A stretch of DNA of 63,959 nucleotides, filler included, from Octopus bimaculoides (Eukaryota), in assembly GCF_001194135.2 (NCBI RefSeq). It is 9 parts of 8 records of this genome, joined end to end, with 100 filler letters (N's around TTAATTAATTAA, not from the genome) between each part and the next. Parts side by side here need not be neighbours in the genome. Positions count along the whole stretch, not along the records: positions 35,579 to 42,375 come from NC_068983.1; positions 42,476 to 58,383 come from NC_069002.1; 7 more parts are not named here. The stretch is one strand, 5' to 3'. Made by a program: the position numbers and the translations under genes. The notes under the pieces are model-generated. The model was not told the DNA's origin, ran no database searches, and was given only the letters and a program-made list of their open reading frames with translations. Position 1 is the first letter of the stretch. Each line of letters starts with the position of its first letter. This document shows positions 37,565 through 49,295 of this stretch, one piece after another.

Positions 37565-37850
37565 CACATGTGTATGTGCATGTGTGTGTAAAGGTTTGAC
37601 TGAACAAACAGGAGAATTAAAATTCAGTACATGAGTATATACATATAAAAGCTTATTGAGAATGAATAAATAAGTTCTTGTTTGGATACTCACTATTTTG
37701 CATGCACCTCAGGAACTATTATCAGTATGGTGGACACCAACATGCATCAATAAATAATTTGTTTAGTGATTTCTATAAACAAGACTCCATACTATTGTTA
37801 GATTCATTGCTTAGGTGGTGGGGGTTAGCTTTGACTGAGGAGACAAACAG

Positions 37851-38590
37851 TACATGGTGTGTTCAAAAAGCATCTAACCTTTAGGCATAAAAAAAAACAA
37901 TTTTGTACATTTCACAAATTTTATTTAATCACCTTCAAAATACTTCCCTTGGAAGTTCACACATTTCTCTTAGTGGTTCTGCCAATGCCAGTAATGCTTT
38001 TGGAACACATTTTCTTGAATGCTATGGACTTCCACTGTTGTTTTTCTCATTATTTCCCCTCACGTAACTCAAATCACTTCCCTTTCAGTGTTGTTTTCAG
38101 ATTGGAGAAGGACCAGAGGTCAGAAGTCACATGGTACCAAGTCAGAGGAGTAGGGAGCCCACCAAACAAATAGTGCATTATTCTTGAACATAAATGCTTG
38201 GATTACGAGGTGCATTCAAAGGCTTCACTCATTTTGCTGACACTTTCTGCTTGCACAAATCCTCCATTAAAATGGAATGCACTCTCCTGTGCTTATTCCC
38301 ACTTCGTGAGTAATTTCCTGGATTGTTACACAATGGTCTTCTATGACTATTCACCAAACCTTCTCAATTGGCTCATTGTTTCAGTTTGTGGATGGCTTGC
38401 CTGAGTATTCTTCACTCTCTACTGAAATGCCACCATGTTTGAAGTATTTGTACTACTCCTTAACCTGAGTTTTGCTCATGGCATCATTACCAAAAGTCTG
38501 CTGAATTTTCTGGATGGTTTGAACTTGAGTATCACCAAGCTTTTGGCAAAACCTGATGCAGTCTCTGCTTGATGCATTCGGTCATTTTGC

Positions 38591-38592
<2 letters not shown>
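37851..38592 (-). mobile_element. Third mariner fossil, internally deleted, one TIR visible
   Basis: TIR tacatggtgtgttcaaaaagcatctaacc. Minus peptide IKFCQKLGDTQVQTIQKIQQTFGNDAMSKTQVKE*YKYFKHG...SGKPST...EDHCVTIQEI. The 5' end is lost in (GT)n. Confidence 0.8.
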
Positions 38593-38656
<64 letters not shown>

Positions 38657-38786
38657 CAACAGGTATAGATGACAATGTGCGTAACATTTATAATCGATAC
38701 ATGCATATACTGAACAATGCTAGATGAAATAGTTTGTCTCGGAGAAACCTCTCTTAAGGGACTTTGCTTGTTACAAGCACATCATG

Positions 38787-38873
38787 CTCAGAATGACATC
38801 AGTCAGTATTCAGACACCTGAGTTTCAACTTTATTTAGTCTCTTCAGTGACAAACATCCCTAGTCATTCTGGG
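38787..38873 (-). ncRNA. Type-I hammerhead ribozyme, canonical core, GUC cleavage triplet
   Basis: Minus strand: CCCAGAATGAC..TCA-CTGAAGA-GACT/AAATAA/AGTT-GAAAC-TCAGGT-GTC-TGA..GTCATTCTGAG. Distal helix 10/11 bp. Confidence 0.65.
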
Positions 38874-39477
38874 CTAAGTCAGAACTTTTATTCCAGTATA
38901 GAAATCAGCAAAAACGTTCACTGATTTGTGTGGAAGCTAGCCAGGCTCAATTTAAATCAATATAGGCATTTGAAAAAAGCATTAGATTAAAAATGTACAC
39001 CATTTATAATGTATATGCAAATGTAGATCAATGTTGCCTATAATAATAACTTATTCAAAATGACAATCATTGCATAGAATGTGTGAGTCTCATCCTTTAT
39101 GTCTAGAGAAGAATAAAGTATTCAATAAATAGAGCTTGATAAAACAAGTTCCAAAGTACTGGGGTGGATATAATTGACTAAAAAACACTAGTATTGTCAT
39201 AGCTCAGAGGCTGAAACCAGTAAAAGAAAAGAAAAGTCAAATAGATATTCAAATACAAAGCAACAAGGTCTGTTCTCTTTTTTCGCTCTTGTTGCTCTCT
39301 ATCATTAGATGATAAGTGACAGAGGCCTTGGAAGCAAAGGAAGAGTTGTTCAGCCTTGTTGTTCATGGATACCAAAAGCACATGTATTATTTAATCATGT
39401 CAGTTGTATTACATTTCTGGTAATAACATCTATCAATTCCCTTCCTGGGTTTGCTTTAGTCAATTTATAAAGTAAAG

Positions 39478-39620
39478 ATAGCAAATTGGCTGAGTTGTTA
39501 AAGAACCGGATGAAATGCTTTGCAGTGTTTATTCCAGCTCCTTACATTCTGATTTCAAATCCCACTGAGGTCAACTTTGCTTTTCATCCTCTCAGTTTTG
39601 ATAAATAAAGTACCAGTTTA
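39478..39620 (+). mobile_element. SINE family B, degenerate
   Basis: gaaatgctttgcagtg...tttcaaatcccactgaggtcaactttgcttttcatcc...aaagtaccagt. Confidence 0.7.
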
Positions 39621-41703
39621 CTACCATAAACTGGTACAATTCCTAAAAATATCAGATGGGATGCCTTGTGGTATTTGCTCTACTTTTTTGTGTTCTGAGT
39701 TCAAGTCCTACCATGGCCTATTTAGGTGAAAGACTTAATCTGTCATAGTTTAACATCATCTTCTAACCCTTGAGTACTTTTAGTAGAGTCCACTCTGTTG
39801 CAAGCATACAGACCGGGTTTCTGACTTGGCAATACTTTTTTCCCTCCCTACCTATGTCCTAATAATCTTTTTTCCCTCCCTACCTATGTCCAGTTCTCTA
39901 ACAATTCAGCCAAGTTGCTATCTTTACTTTATAAATTGACTAAAGCAGACCCAGGAAGGGAATTGATAGATGTTATTACCAGAAATGTAATACAACTGAC
40001 ATAATTAATAATACATGTGCTTTTGGTATCCATGAACAACAAGGCTGAATATCTCTCCCTTTGCTTCCAAGGCTTCGAAGCAATGAGTGCTGTTGCTTCT
40101 TTCCAGCTAAGTGATCAAAATAATGTTTTTTGTTGTTTTTTTTTTTGTTCTTTTTTGCTGGAATCAGAGCAAGGTCCTGCAAGTGAGAGATGTAAATGTT
40201 CTATAACAAAATAAATAAAGTAAAATAGCTCAAAGTAGGGTCCTAGTAAACAAAACTCAAGTTCTAGTTTGAGCTATTTTCATCATCATCATCATCATCA
40301 TGAAAATAGCTCAAACTAGAAATTGAGTTTTGTTTACTAGGACCTTACGTGTCAAATGTAAATAAGTGAATAAACAAATAAACAAAACTGTATGAAATAG
40401 AAAGGCAATTGCTAATAAGTTTTCAAGATGTTTGCAAAATAAATATCATTTGTATATTCCTGTCAAATTTATGCTGACAATAAACTTTAGTACGAAACAT
40501 TTCTGTTTTAATCAAATCAAGTTTCTATTTAATAGCGCAAACTGAGAAATTGTTTTTCAATCAAATGACCCCATAGGGATATTAAACTGAATTCATACAG
40601 AAACAGAAGACGTCTGAACTGAATTTCTGAAATCAATTAAATATCAGGAGCTTTAGTTGTTGGGTTTTTGCACTGAAATAGCAGTAAAATAATAGTCAGA
40701 GATCAGAAAAATTATTACCTTTATAAATAAGACAATAGTAATACTATGACATATAAAAATAATAATAATAATAATGATAAGGGTATTTTTTTCCAACAAT
40801 CTAATATGTTGCACATATATGAAATAATAACAACAATAATAATAAGTAATTCAATAAACTTTATAATTTGCTTAGAGTATTATGTTCTTTTTCTCAATAT
40901 TGACAAAGAAAAAAGGGAATGCTTTCCATCCATTTTTTTCCATTTTAGCATGGGTGGGATAATTTAAAAAAAAAAAAGTAAGTTGGACATTTTCAATCTG
41001 TTAAAATAATTATTCATACAGCTCTTACCACCAACCACTCAACTGCAAGCCCAATGAGTGAGCCCCTATATTGTCATTTAATCTGCCAGACAGAAAGTAA
41101 CCAGATCTCCTTGAAATTACTACCTGCTATATATACTTTGTGTGTGTGTATGTGTGTGCGCGTGCATGTGCATGTGTGTGTGTGTGCATGCTTGTGTGTA
41201 TGCATGTATGTTTGTGTGTACATGCACATGCATGTATATGCATTTGTATGCATATGTATATATTTGTATACATATGTATATACATACATATATGTATGTA
41301 TGTAAGTATATGTACGTACATCTTGTGGGTACAGTTAAATGCATGGCTACTGTTGTATGAGTTAGGGCTCCACATGCAGTCAGCTTCCCATATAGTGATT
41401 AGTCAACCACTGTATGTAGCAGTGTTATGAGCTATGATATTAGATCTCTGTAACAGAACGCAATAAAATGTTTCCCTGACGATCTATTGCAGTTAGGCAT
41501 CCAAATGCACTTGGAGCATCCAGTGCTGAGTTGCAGCATCGCCCCACATCTTTCTATCTCACTTAACTTTTGAAAATCAGAAAAATCTGTGAAACCAGCT
41601 ACACCTTTAAAAATAAATCTTCTAAAAGACTCCCAGTGCATTTTCAACTTCTTTTTCCTATATTTCTACCACTGTGGAATAGAATACCTTTCTTTCGTTT
41701 ATA

Positions 41704-41826
41704 TAGAGGGTGGGCCATAATGATGGGACAGTTACATAATACATCTATGTGGTACTCTATGTCATTTTAATAAACCAAGATATTAGCATTTAAAATGTAT
41801 CCCATCATTATGGTCCACCCTGGATA
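41704..41826. mobile_element. Tc1/mariner-type MITE
   Basis: TIRs tagagggtgggccataatgatgggaca / tatcccatcattatggtccaccctggata with TA-like ends. Confidence 0.7.
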
Positions 41827-42486
41827 TGTTTATATATATATATATATATCGCTTCAATATACCACGACGTCTAAAAAACTTTTGAACTTTTCCACTTTTG
41901 TAAACCTCCTTTATCATCCTTTTTTACCTTACTTTCCTTCACCTACCGTCTCTTCGTACTCTGGATGTTCCTAATCTGTCTTCTCTAATCTGCACCTATT
42001 ACTTTGTATCCTTCTCCCTCCCTTTCTTTTCTCCTCTCGTTTCCTCTCTCCCTGTCACCCCATTTTCTCCCTATTGTTCCATCTTCCTTTTTGCTTTGTT
42101 TTTTTCTCCCACCTCGCATATATTTTCTTCTCACAACCCCTTTTTCGTTTTTTCTCCTCATGCCTTTATTTTTTCCCCCATACCTGTTAAAAAAGTTTTT
42201 TTTCCTTTTTTTCTTTTTTTTCCTTTTTTCCACGTCCAATTTTCTCATCACGCTTGTTTTTTTCCACCACACCTTTTGTAATTCTCCTTCCCACGTCTAA
42301 TTTTCTTTTCTCTCTCGTTCCATCATGCCTGACTACAAATCTTTCCAACTCACTCTCCACAACCGCCTAAAACTANNNNNNNNNNNNNNNNNNNNNNNNN
42401 NNNNNNNNNNNNNNNNNNNTTAATTAATTAANNNNNNNNNNNNNNNNNNNNNNNNNNNNNNNNNNNNNNNNNNNNTATATATATAC

Positions 42487-42550
<64 letters not shown>

Positions 42551-42561
42551 TTATATATTGT

Positions 42562-42596
<35 letters not shown>

Positions 42597-43170
42597 GTGT
42601 ATACTTGCATTAATTCATATATTATGAATTATGTATCTCTAAACGCATGTGTTTTTCTCCGAGTGTGGTGTGTATAAAATCATGTTATTTATGTTTGTGT
42701 CTATGACGTCTTATGTAATTATTTTCACGCGTGTTTTCACTAAATGAGCCAGATTTATAATGATTGTGTTGACAGTATATTGAATAACCAGTCAAAAGGT
42801 CACTGGTTTCTGACCTACTTTTACCCTTGTTGTTCAAACCGAAATTGATCCCAATTGTTGAGGCCGCCAATAGAAATCGGTCCAGCCGTGACCTCACCTC
42901 CTTTTTATTTTATTTTTAGGCATAACATATCCCCAATTACCCTAATATGTCCGTTCTCCTTTTCAGTGTAGCATCATGTGATTTGAACTTGATTGTGCTG
43001 CTATTTCTAGCAGACCGAGCGACCAGGTAGTGGCTCACTTATTTGGTGTTTGTTGTTTTTATTTACTTTATTTTGTTCTATTTTAGTCCATTCTATTACA
43101 TTTCCCAGGAAAACTTGAATCGTTTCTGTAATAGTATGTCAATAAACTAATGAACAATTCCTGCATTTCT

Positions 43171-43179
43171 TCTGACTAG

Positions 43180-43258
<79 letters not shown>

Positions 43259-43272
43259 TATTATTATTATTA
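43171..43272. repeat. (TTA)n microsatellite
   Basis: Directly visible. Confidence 0.97.
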
Positions 43273-43275
43273 TAT

Positions 43276-43497
43276 AAGGTGGCGAGCTGGCAGAATCGTT
43301 AGCACGCTTGATGAAATGCTTGGCGGTACTTCGCCCGTCGCTTCGTTCTGAGTTCAAATTGTGCCAAGGTCGACTTTGCCTTTCATCCTTTCGGGGTCGA
43401 TAAACTAAGTACCAGTGAAACACTTGGGTCGATGTAATCGACTAGTCCCCTCCCACCAAATTTCAGGCCTTGTGCCTTCAGTAGAAAGGATTATTAT
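43276..43497 (+). mobile_element. SINE family B, full, tail type 2 ending in ATT repeats
   Basis: aggtggcgagctggcagaatcg...gtcgactttgcctttcatcctttcggggtcgata...gtagaaaggattattatt. Confidence 0.9.
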
Positions 43498-44020
43498 TAC
43501 GGCACTGCCAACAGCCCGAGATGCCCAAGATGCCCCAGATGCATGCTGGGGGACGAAACCGTCCTGCATGTAATCGTTCAGTATCTGTGCTTGTGGGCTT
43601 GTGTTAAGCAGTTGTGGTCTCGTGTAAGACGAATCTAGTTGTCCACCGAGCCTCTAGTGGTGACTAACGTACCACCTTCCTTTGGCAGAAAAGGGAGGCA
43701 AATCTTTCTCTGTTTAGTGGCCATGGCGCAAGAAGCTGTGTGGTTGGCTCGTTTGAAAGGTCTGAAGGAAGCACTTTCCTATCTGTTCAAGCCCTCATCA
43801 ATTTCTTCAAATATCTTATGAAGAGGAAGGTGAACGTAGAGACTGAAGTGCTACCATCTAGTGGGTTTATCAAAAGGTGAACGAAAGTGGCAAGACTGGT
43901 GAGGCTAAAGGGTTCTACTCTGAAATATGCTTCTCTAAGTAAGAGGGAGAAAAAAGAAGAAAAAAAAACAGGTAGAGTAATCCGGGTCTTTTGCGTCGGA
44001 TATATTCCGAATTACCTTAA
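43498..44020 (+). mobile_element. Tx1/L1-clade LINE 3' fragment (second lineage)
   Basis: CPRCMLGDETVLH...LVAMAQEAVWLARLKGL...LINFFKYLMKRKV aligns with the 58786-59307 peptide. Truncated by (TAA)n. Confidence 0.8.
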
Positions 44021-44067
44021 TAATAATAATAATAATAATGGTAATAATAATAATAATAATAATAATG

Positions 44068-44124
<57 letters not shown>

Positions 44125-44135
44125 GTAATAATAAT
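44019..44135. repeat. (TAA)n microsatellite
   Basis: Directly visible. Confidence 0.97.
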
Positions 44136-44634
44136 AGAAAAGATAAAGTTTTAAGTTTTTCAAGATAAAGTGTTTATGGAATTCTTCTCGGCCAATAATT
44201 AATTTTTTACTACAAATATATTAAAGATGTAATTGAAAAAATTGAATAACCATACATATAATATGATTTGGAAATTGCTTATTGATTTTTCAATCGATGT
44301 TATTGCTATTCTATTGTCTATGACAGGTTTCAATGTATCTTGTCCGTAAGAAACTCCGTAAGGTTGTCTTAAAAAAGCATCAAGAACGAAAACATCATTT
44401 TCGTGTTTTGTTTGTTTGTTTGTTCGTTTGTTTGTTTGCTTGCTTGTTTCTTTGTTTGTTTCGCCTGACCAAAACTAATTAAGTTATAAACACTTTGCTG
44501 CATAAATGGACGGACAGACGGACGTATCATCATCATCGTCATCATCATCATCATCATCATCGTCGTCGTCGTCGTTATCATCATCACCATCATCATCATT
44601 TGCGTCACTAGTTATCATTGGTGTTATCATCTCA

Positions 44635-44747
<113 letters not shown>

Positions 44748-44984
44748 GCAATTATATATGCCTCTCTCTACAGATACATATACATATACATATATACATA
44801 TTCCTACGTAAATGCACACATACACATATACACCCACCCACATATACACGCATATATAATGTATACACATAAATATTTATACATATATTTACATATATTT
44901 GTACACAAATCGACACTCAACCGTTTTTTTTGTTTTTGTTTTTGTTTTTTGTTCGTGCGGAAGTACATATATGAGAGTGAATGA

Positions 44985-45038
<54 letters not shown>

Positions 45039-45713
45039 CCAGCCACCTTCAAGTTTATGATCGAAGAAATCGTATTGCCATATAAAAACAAATGATCGGC
45101 GATTAGTTATTGATTCCTCAATCGATGCATAATTGTATGACCGAAGCAGCGTCTGTACTTTGTCTATTCTTACGACAGCTCTTCATTCAAGTATCAGCTG
45201 TTATGAAATATATAAATGCATATTAAAGATACTCACCAAAAACCACAGACTCATTTCGAACAATAACAAATTATTGGGAGACCAATTCTAGAGGTCTTTG
45301 ATGATTTTTAACAAAATAACACACGCAGACACGCACACATACACACACTCATACAAAAACGTGAACACTCGATATTAAAATAGTTATGTTTTGTTTTGTT
45401 ATACTAATCGTTGTTGTTATTATTGCTGTTGTCGTTGTTGTCGTTGTTGTTGTTGTTGGTGGTGGTGGTGGTGGTGGTGATAGTGGTGTAGACGTAGTTG
45501 TTTTTGCTATTATTTGTGTTGTTTAGCCCCAGGTCAATCTTGGTCAATCAGAACTTTGATCAAATGTGTAGCAGGAGTTTCCGCCTTGACATTGTGTACT
45601 TAGGACTACATTATCGACCGTTTCCTTTACATACTTATACATACAAATATACAGACACACATACATAGAGACAGACAGACAGAAAGACAGACAGACTCAT
45701 CATCGAAATCTAC

Positions 45714-45895
45714 CTTCGTTGTGTCTTTTCTATAAGTATTTCCCTGATCATTGCTCTGGCGAACTTCCTGGTCCAGTACCCTCTGTCAAAACCTTTAAAC
45801 ATGTCACCAGCTTCTCTTCTCGGGTACACCATTTCTCTGTCGAGCTTCTTGTTAGTAACAAAGCGATGGGAGAAGTGTGTCACCATTGGTGGTGG
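45714..45895 (-). CDS. Candidate internal coding exon (182 nt) of an unidentified protein
   Basis: Acceptor tattcgtctttctctacatag| and donor AG|GTAGAT. Open frame PPPMVTHFSHRFVTNKKLDREMVYPRREAGDMFKGFDRGYWTRKFARAMIREILIEKTQR. Non-repetitive, GC above background. No homolog recognised. Confidence 0.45.
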
Positions 45896-46237
45896 CTATG
45901 TAGAGAAAGACGAATAATTATGCCAAGTTTCGGATATGACTTTTCGTCACGCATCCTTGCCATAGAACTTTATAAAATCCAAGACATATCAAGAAATGAA
46001 ATGATAGCGAAACATTTGTACGTCATTGGATATACGTATATATATATATATATATNNNNNNNNNNNNNNNNNNNNNNNNNNNNNNNNNNNNNNNNNNNNN
46101 NNNNNNNNNNNNNNNNNNNNNNNNNNNNNNNNNNNNNNNNNNNNNNNNNNNNNNNNNNNNNNNNNNNNNNNNNNNNNNNNNNNNNNNNNNNNNNNNNNNN
46201 NNNNNNNNNTATATATATATATACATATATATGTATG

Positions 46238-46279
<42 letters not shown>

Positions 46280-47235
46280 GAGAGAGAGAGAGAGAGAGAG
46301 ATAGATAATACAGCCATACAGACACAAACACACGCACGCGCACATATATAATATACAATATACAATACTCTCTCCCTACCTCTCCTTCTCTCATACTTTA
46401 TATATATACATATACGCACACATACAAAATGCACATATACATACATATATGTGTATGTATGTATGTGTGTGCGTCTGCGTGCGTGTGTGTATATATATAT
46501 TATAGATGCATATGTGTATATATGCACTCTATGACTTACAATTGTTTGGTCATGTTCGTATGAAAACCTGATAAGGACATATCCTATATGCACACGAAAC
46601 TTTAAGTCATGCGGAACTGCGTTAAACTTTTATTGAATACATGTAACTCCAACGAAATGTGTTAAATACTACTTTGTTTCGTTTTGTATATCGACAGAAT
46701 TAGTGTTTTCCACTTCTCGTTCTTTTATTTGTCTATGTTGTGTCTGGACAACTCAAAAGTATGATAATTTATGTTAATTTATGCTGAATTATTCTGCACT
46801 CTTGATTTATTAAAACTTGTCTGAGCAAAACAAATTTTGTCCAGTATATGGAGACATATATGCTTACATATTCTTTGTGAAGAATTGGCTTCACAATGTT
46901 TATATATTTTATGTAAATATACTTTTGTACTTGCTATTTAAATTATAGAACAATCATATATACACACACATACTTACATACATACATATATACATGCATT
47001 CATATATATGTAATATATGTAATATATTAGATATGTGTGTGTGTGTGTAATATACTATATTTACATACACACGCACACACACACACACACAAACAAACAC
47101 ACAAAGACACACAGACAGACACACAAGTAAATCTTAATGTTTAATATGGATTAAAAGCGCTAAGCAGAGATTTGTACATATATGAACTTGCTTGTGATAG
47201 AGAAATCTCACTATTGACAAAAAGGCGTAAACGTG

Positions 47236-47342
47236 CTAGGTCAGTTATTTCTCTTTCAAGTGTTCGATGCTGATGAGAAGATAACTACTTCGAAATGCAT
47301 GCATCTATCGATTTAGATAGAAAGTGCTCCAGACTGACCTGG
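47236..47342 (+). ncRNA. Type-I hammerhead ribozyme, canonical core, AUC cleavage triplet (after 47305)
   Basis: TCGATG-CTGATGA-GAAG/ATAACTA/CTTC-GAAA-TGCATGCAT-C-TATCGA. Helix I is extended by CTTTC/GAAAG and CTAGGTCAGT/ACTGACCTGG. Confidence 0.78.
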
Positions 47343-47624
47343 TTTGTTTACAGCACATTGTCATCCTCCATGACACAACGCAGAGAATGGTTTTTCTTGC
47401 GGGTTCGAATACCTCTCAAACAGGTTTGAACTAGTAACAAGTTTGTGTTTATATAAATCACTGCTTAACGCTTCTAATCCGTATTTTACTAAAGCCAGGC
47501 AGCTGGCTAGCGCCACCTGTCGATGTATTTTGTTTGGAATCTAATAAGAATCAGAGAGACCCAGTCTTTGTAGTTAGCCCAGAATTGCCTTTCTTTCTGT
47601 CTCTCTATCTGTCTATCTATCTGT

Positions 47625-47702
47625 CTGGCGAGCCGGCAGAAACGTTAGTGCGCCGGGCGAAATGCTTGGCGGTATTTGGTCTGCCGTTACGTTCTGAGTT
47701 CA

Positions 47703-47706
<4 letters not shown>
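47625..47706 (+). mobile_element. SINE family B head truncated by (CA)n
   Basis: ggcgagccggcagaaacgttagtgcgccgggcgaaatgcttggcgg...gagttcaaattt. Confidence 0.8.
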
Positions 47707-47783
<77 letters not shown>

Positions 47784-49172
47784 AGGTGCAGTAATATACG
47801 CGTAACGAAAGAGAAAATGCGAGAGGTAAGAGGAGAGAAAAAGACGTTACAATCTATTTATTGAACACGATTGACATAAACACTTCTCATACACATATAG
47901 AGTAATATACTCACGTACATAAACAAAGACAGAGAGAGAGAGGGAGAGAGGAAAAGAGAGAGGTGCAATGAGTGAGGATGAGAAAGAGAGGAAGACAGAA
48001 ACATTAAAACGAGTGAAATATTAAAACGTCCGATGTCAAATGAGAAAGCATCAAATCAGAGACGCCAAATAGACAGCGAAAAACGTCTGCGCCAAAAAGT
48101 CTCTTTCAAATTACCACCTACCATATTTCACCCAGAAACTTTGATCGACCCGAGGCTCTGTTAGCAAAAAGCATTGATTTGATTTACTAAACATGCCGTG
48201 CTTTGAGATTGAACAACTAGTCCTAGTCAAATTTCTCAAACACGCATTCATACACTAATATCTCCACGTACTGAAGAACTGGTGAAAGATGACATGACAA
48301 ATTTTAATATCTGTACGTCTGCAAATGGTTTAGAAGCTAGACGATTGGTAAGCATTTAAACGTGTTGTTTAAAAGTTTGTCGGAAATGTATGAACAGTTG
48401 TACATACTGCAAACACTTAGTTGAAAACATGATTGATAGCTTTCCTCGGCTTAGCTGTAGGATGAGTGTGAAAATACACTTTCGACATATTCACTTCTCG
48501 TCTGCTTTTCAAGAAAACTTCGTGTTGGGAAGAGAAAGGTGAAGATTTTTCACTAAGACATGTTAATGGAAGAAAGATAATACAAGACCAATCAGGATGA
48601 AGAAACATTGCTGGCAGGATGGTTGATTACATTCGCTGTTTGAGACATCATGAACGCTATGTACAACATGCATGAAATCCACCATGACAAGTGTAGCTGT
48701 TAAAAAGCCGACTTTTATTATCTTTCCGTGTTTCTCTTCTAAATACACTTTCGTTCTTTTCCTCTTTTCAGTATTTTAAGCAATTGGACTACTGCCATAC
48801 TGGAGCATAACATTCAGCTGGTTTTAACAGATCAAATCGACTTCAGCATTTTACTTCACACTGGTAATTATTTTATCGATTTATCGAAACGTTATCTAAC
48901 GATTTTAAACATAACACCAGAAATCATAAACACATACAGACCCAAAATTCTATGTATATATGAATGTATCTATTTGTAAATCTCTGCTTATTTTCATGTA
49001 GCTATGTATACACACAAATACACTCACATATATATACATACATAGATACACATATAAAAATGAATATTTACATATACACGCGCTCATGCACAAACACACA
49101 TTTGCTGTAAAATTTCAATTATTTATTGGAAGCCGTTCTATAGAAAGAACTCTTTCAATACAGAATACTTAC

Positions 49173-49295
49173 CGAATGTGTGCAGTAGAAACGCCAGAAG
49201 CTACATATTTCGTCTGGGGTAAAATATCCCTTTCTACATGTAACGAGTTTTAAAAAAATCAAGTATGCTTCAGTGCTAGGCGAATCGAAATTGAC
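49173..49295 (-). CDS. Candidate internal exon (123 nt, phase 0/0)
   Basis: Acceptor ctcgcattcactttcag| and strong donor TCG|GTAAGT. One open frame, VNFDSPSTEAYLIFLKLVTCRKGYFTPDEICSFWRFYCTHS, frame-compatible with 45714-45895. Confidence 0.35.

Noticed and set aside
42685-42897. Minus ORF with SRLDRFL, a LINE endonuclease-like motif
   Set aside because: A single short motif, and the rest of the ORF has no APE features.
46575-46620. CTGATAA...GAAAC TTTAA GTC motif (similar case near 40473)
   Set aside because: G8 is missing and helix I does not close properly. Such partial matches are expected by chance in AT-rich DNA.
48772-48863. Possible plus-strand exon (ILSNWTTAILEHNIQLVLTDQIDFSILLHT)
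   Set aside because: The splice-like sites are plausible but there is no compatible neighbour, and it conflicts with the better minus-strand model. Unresolved without RNA data.
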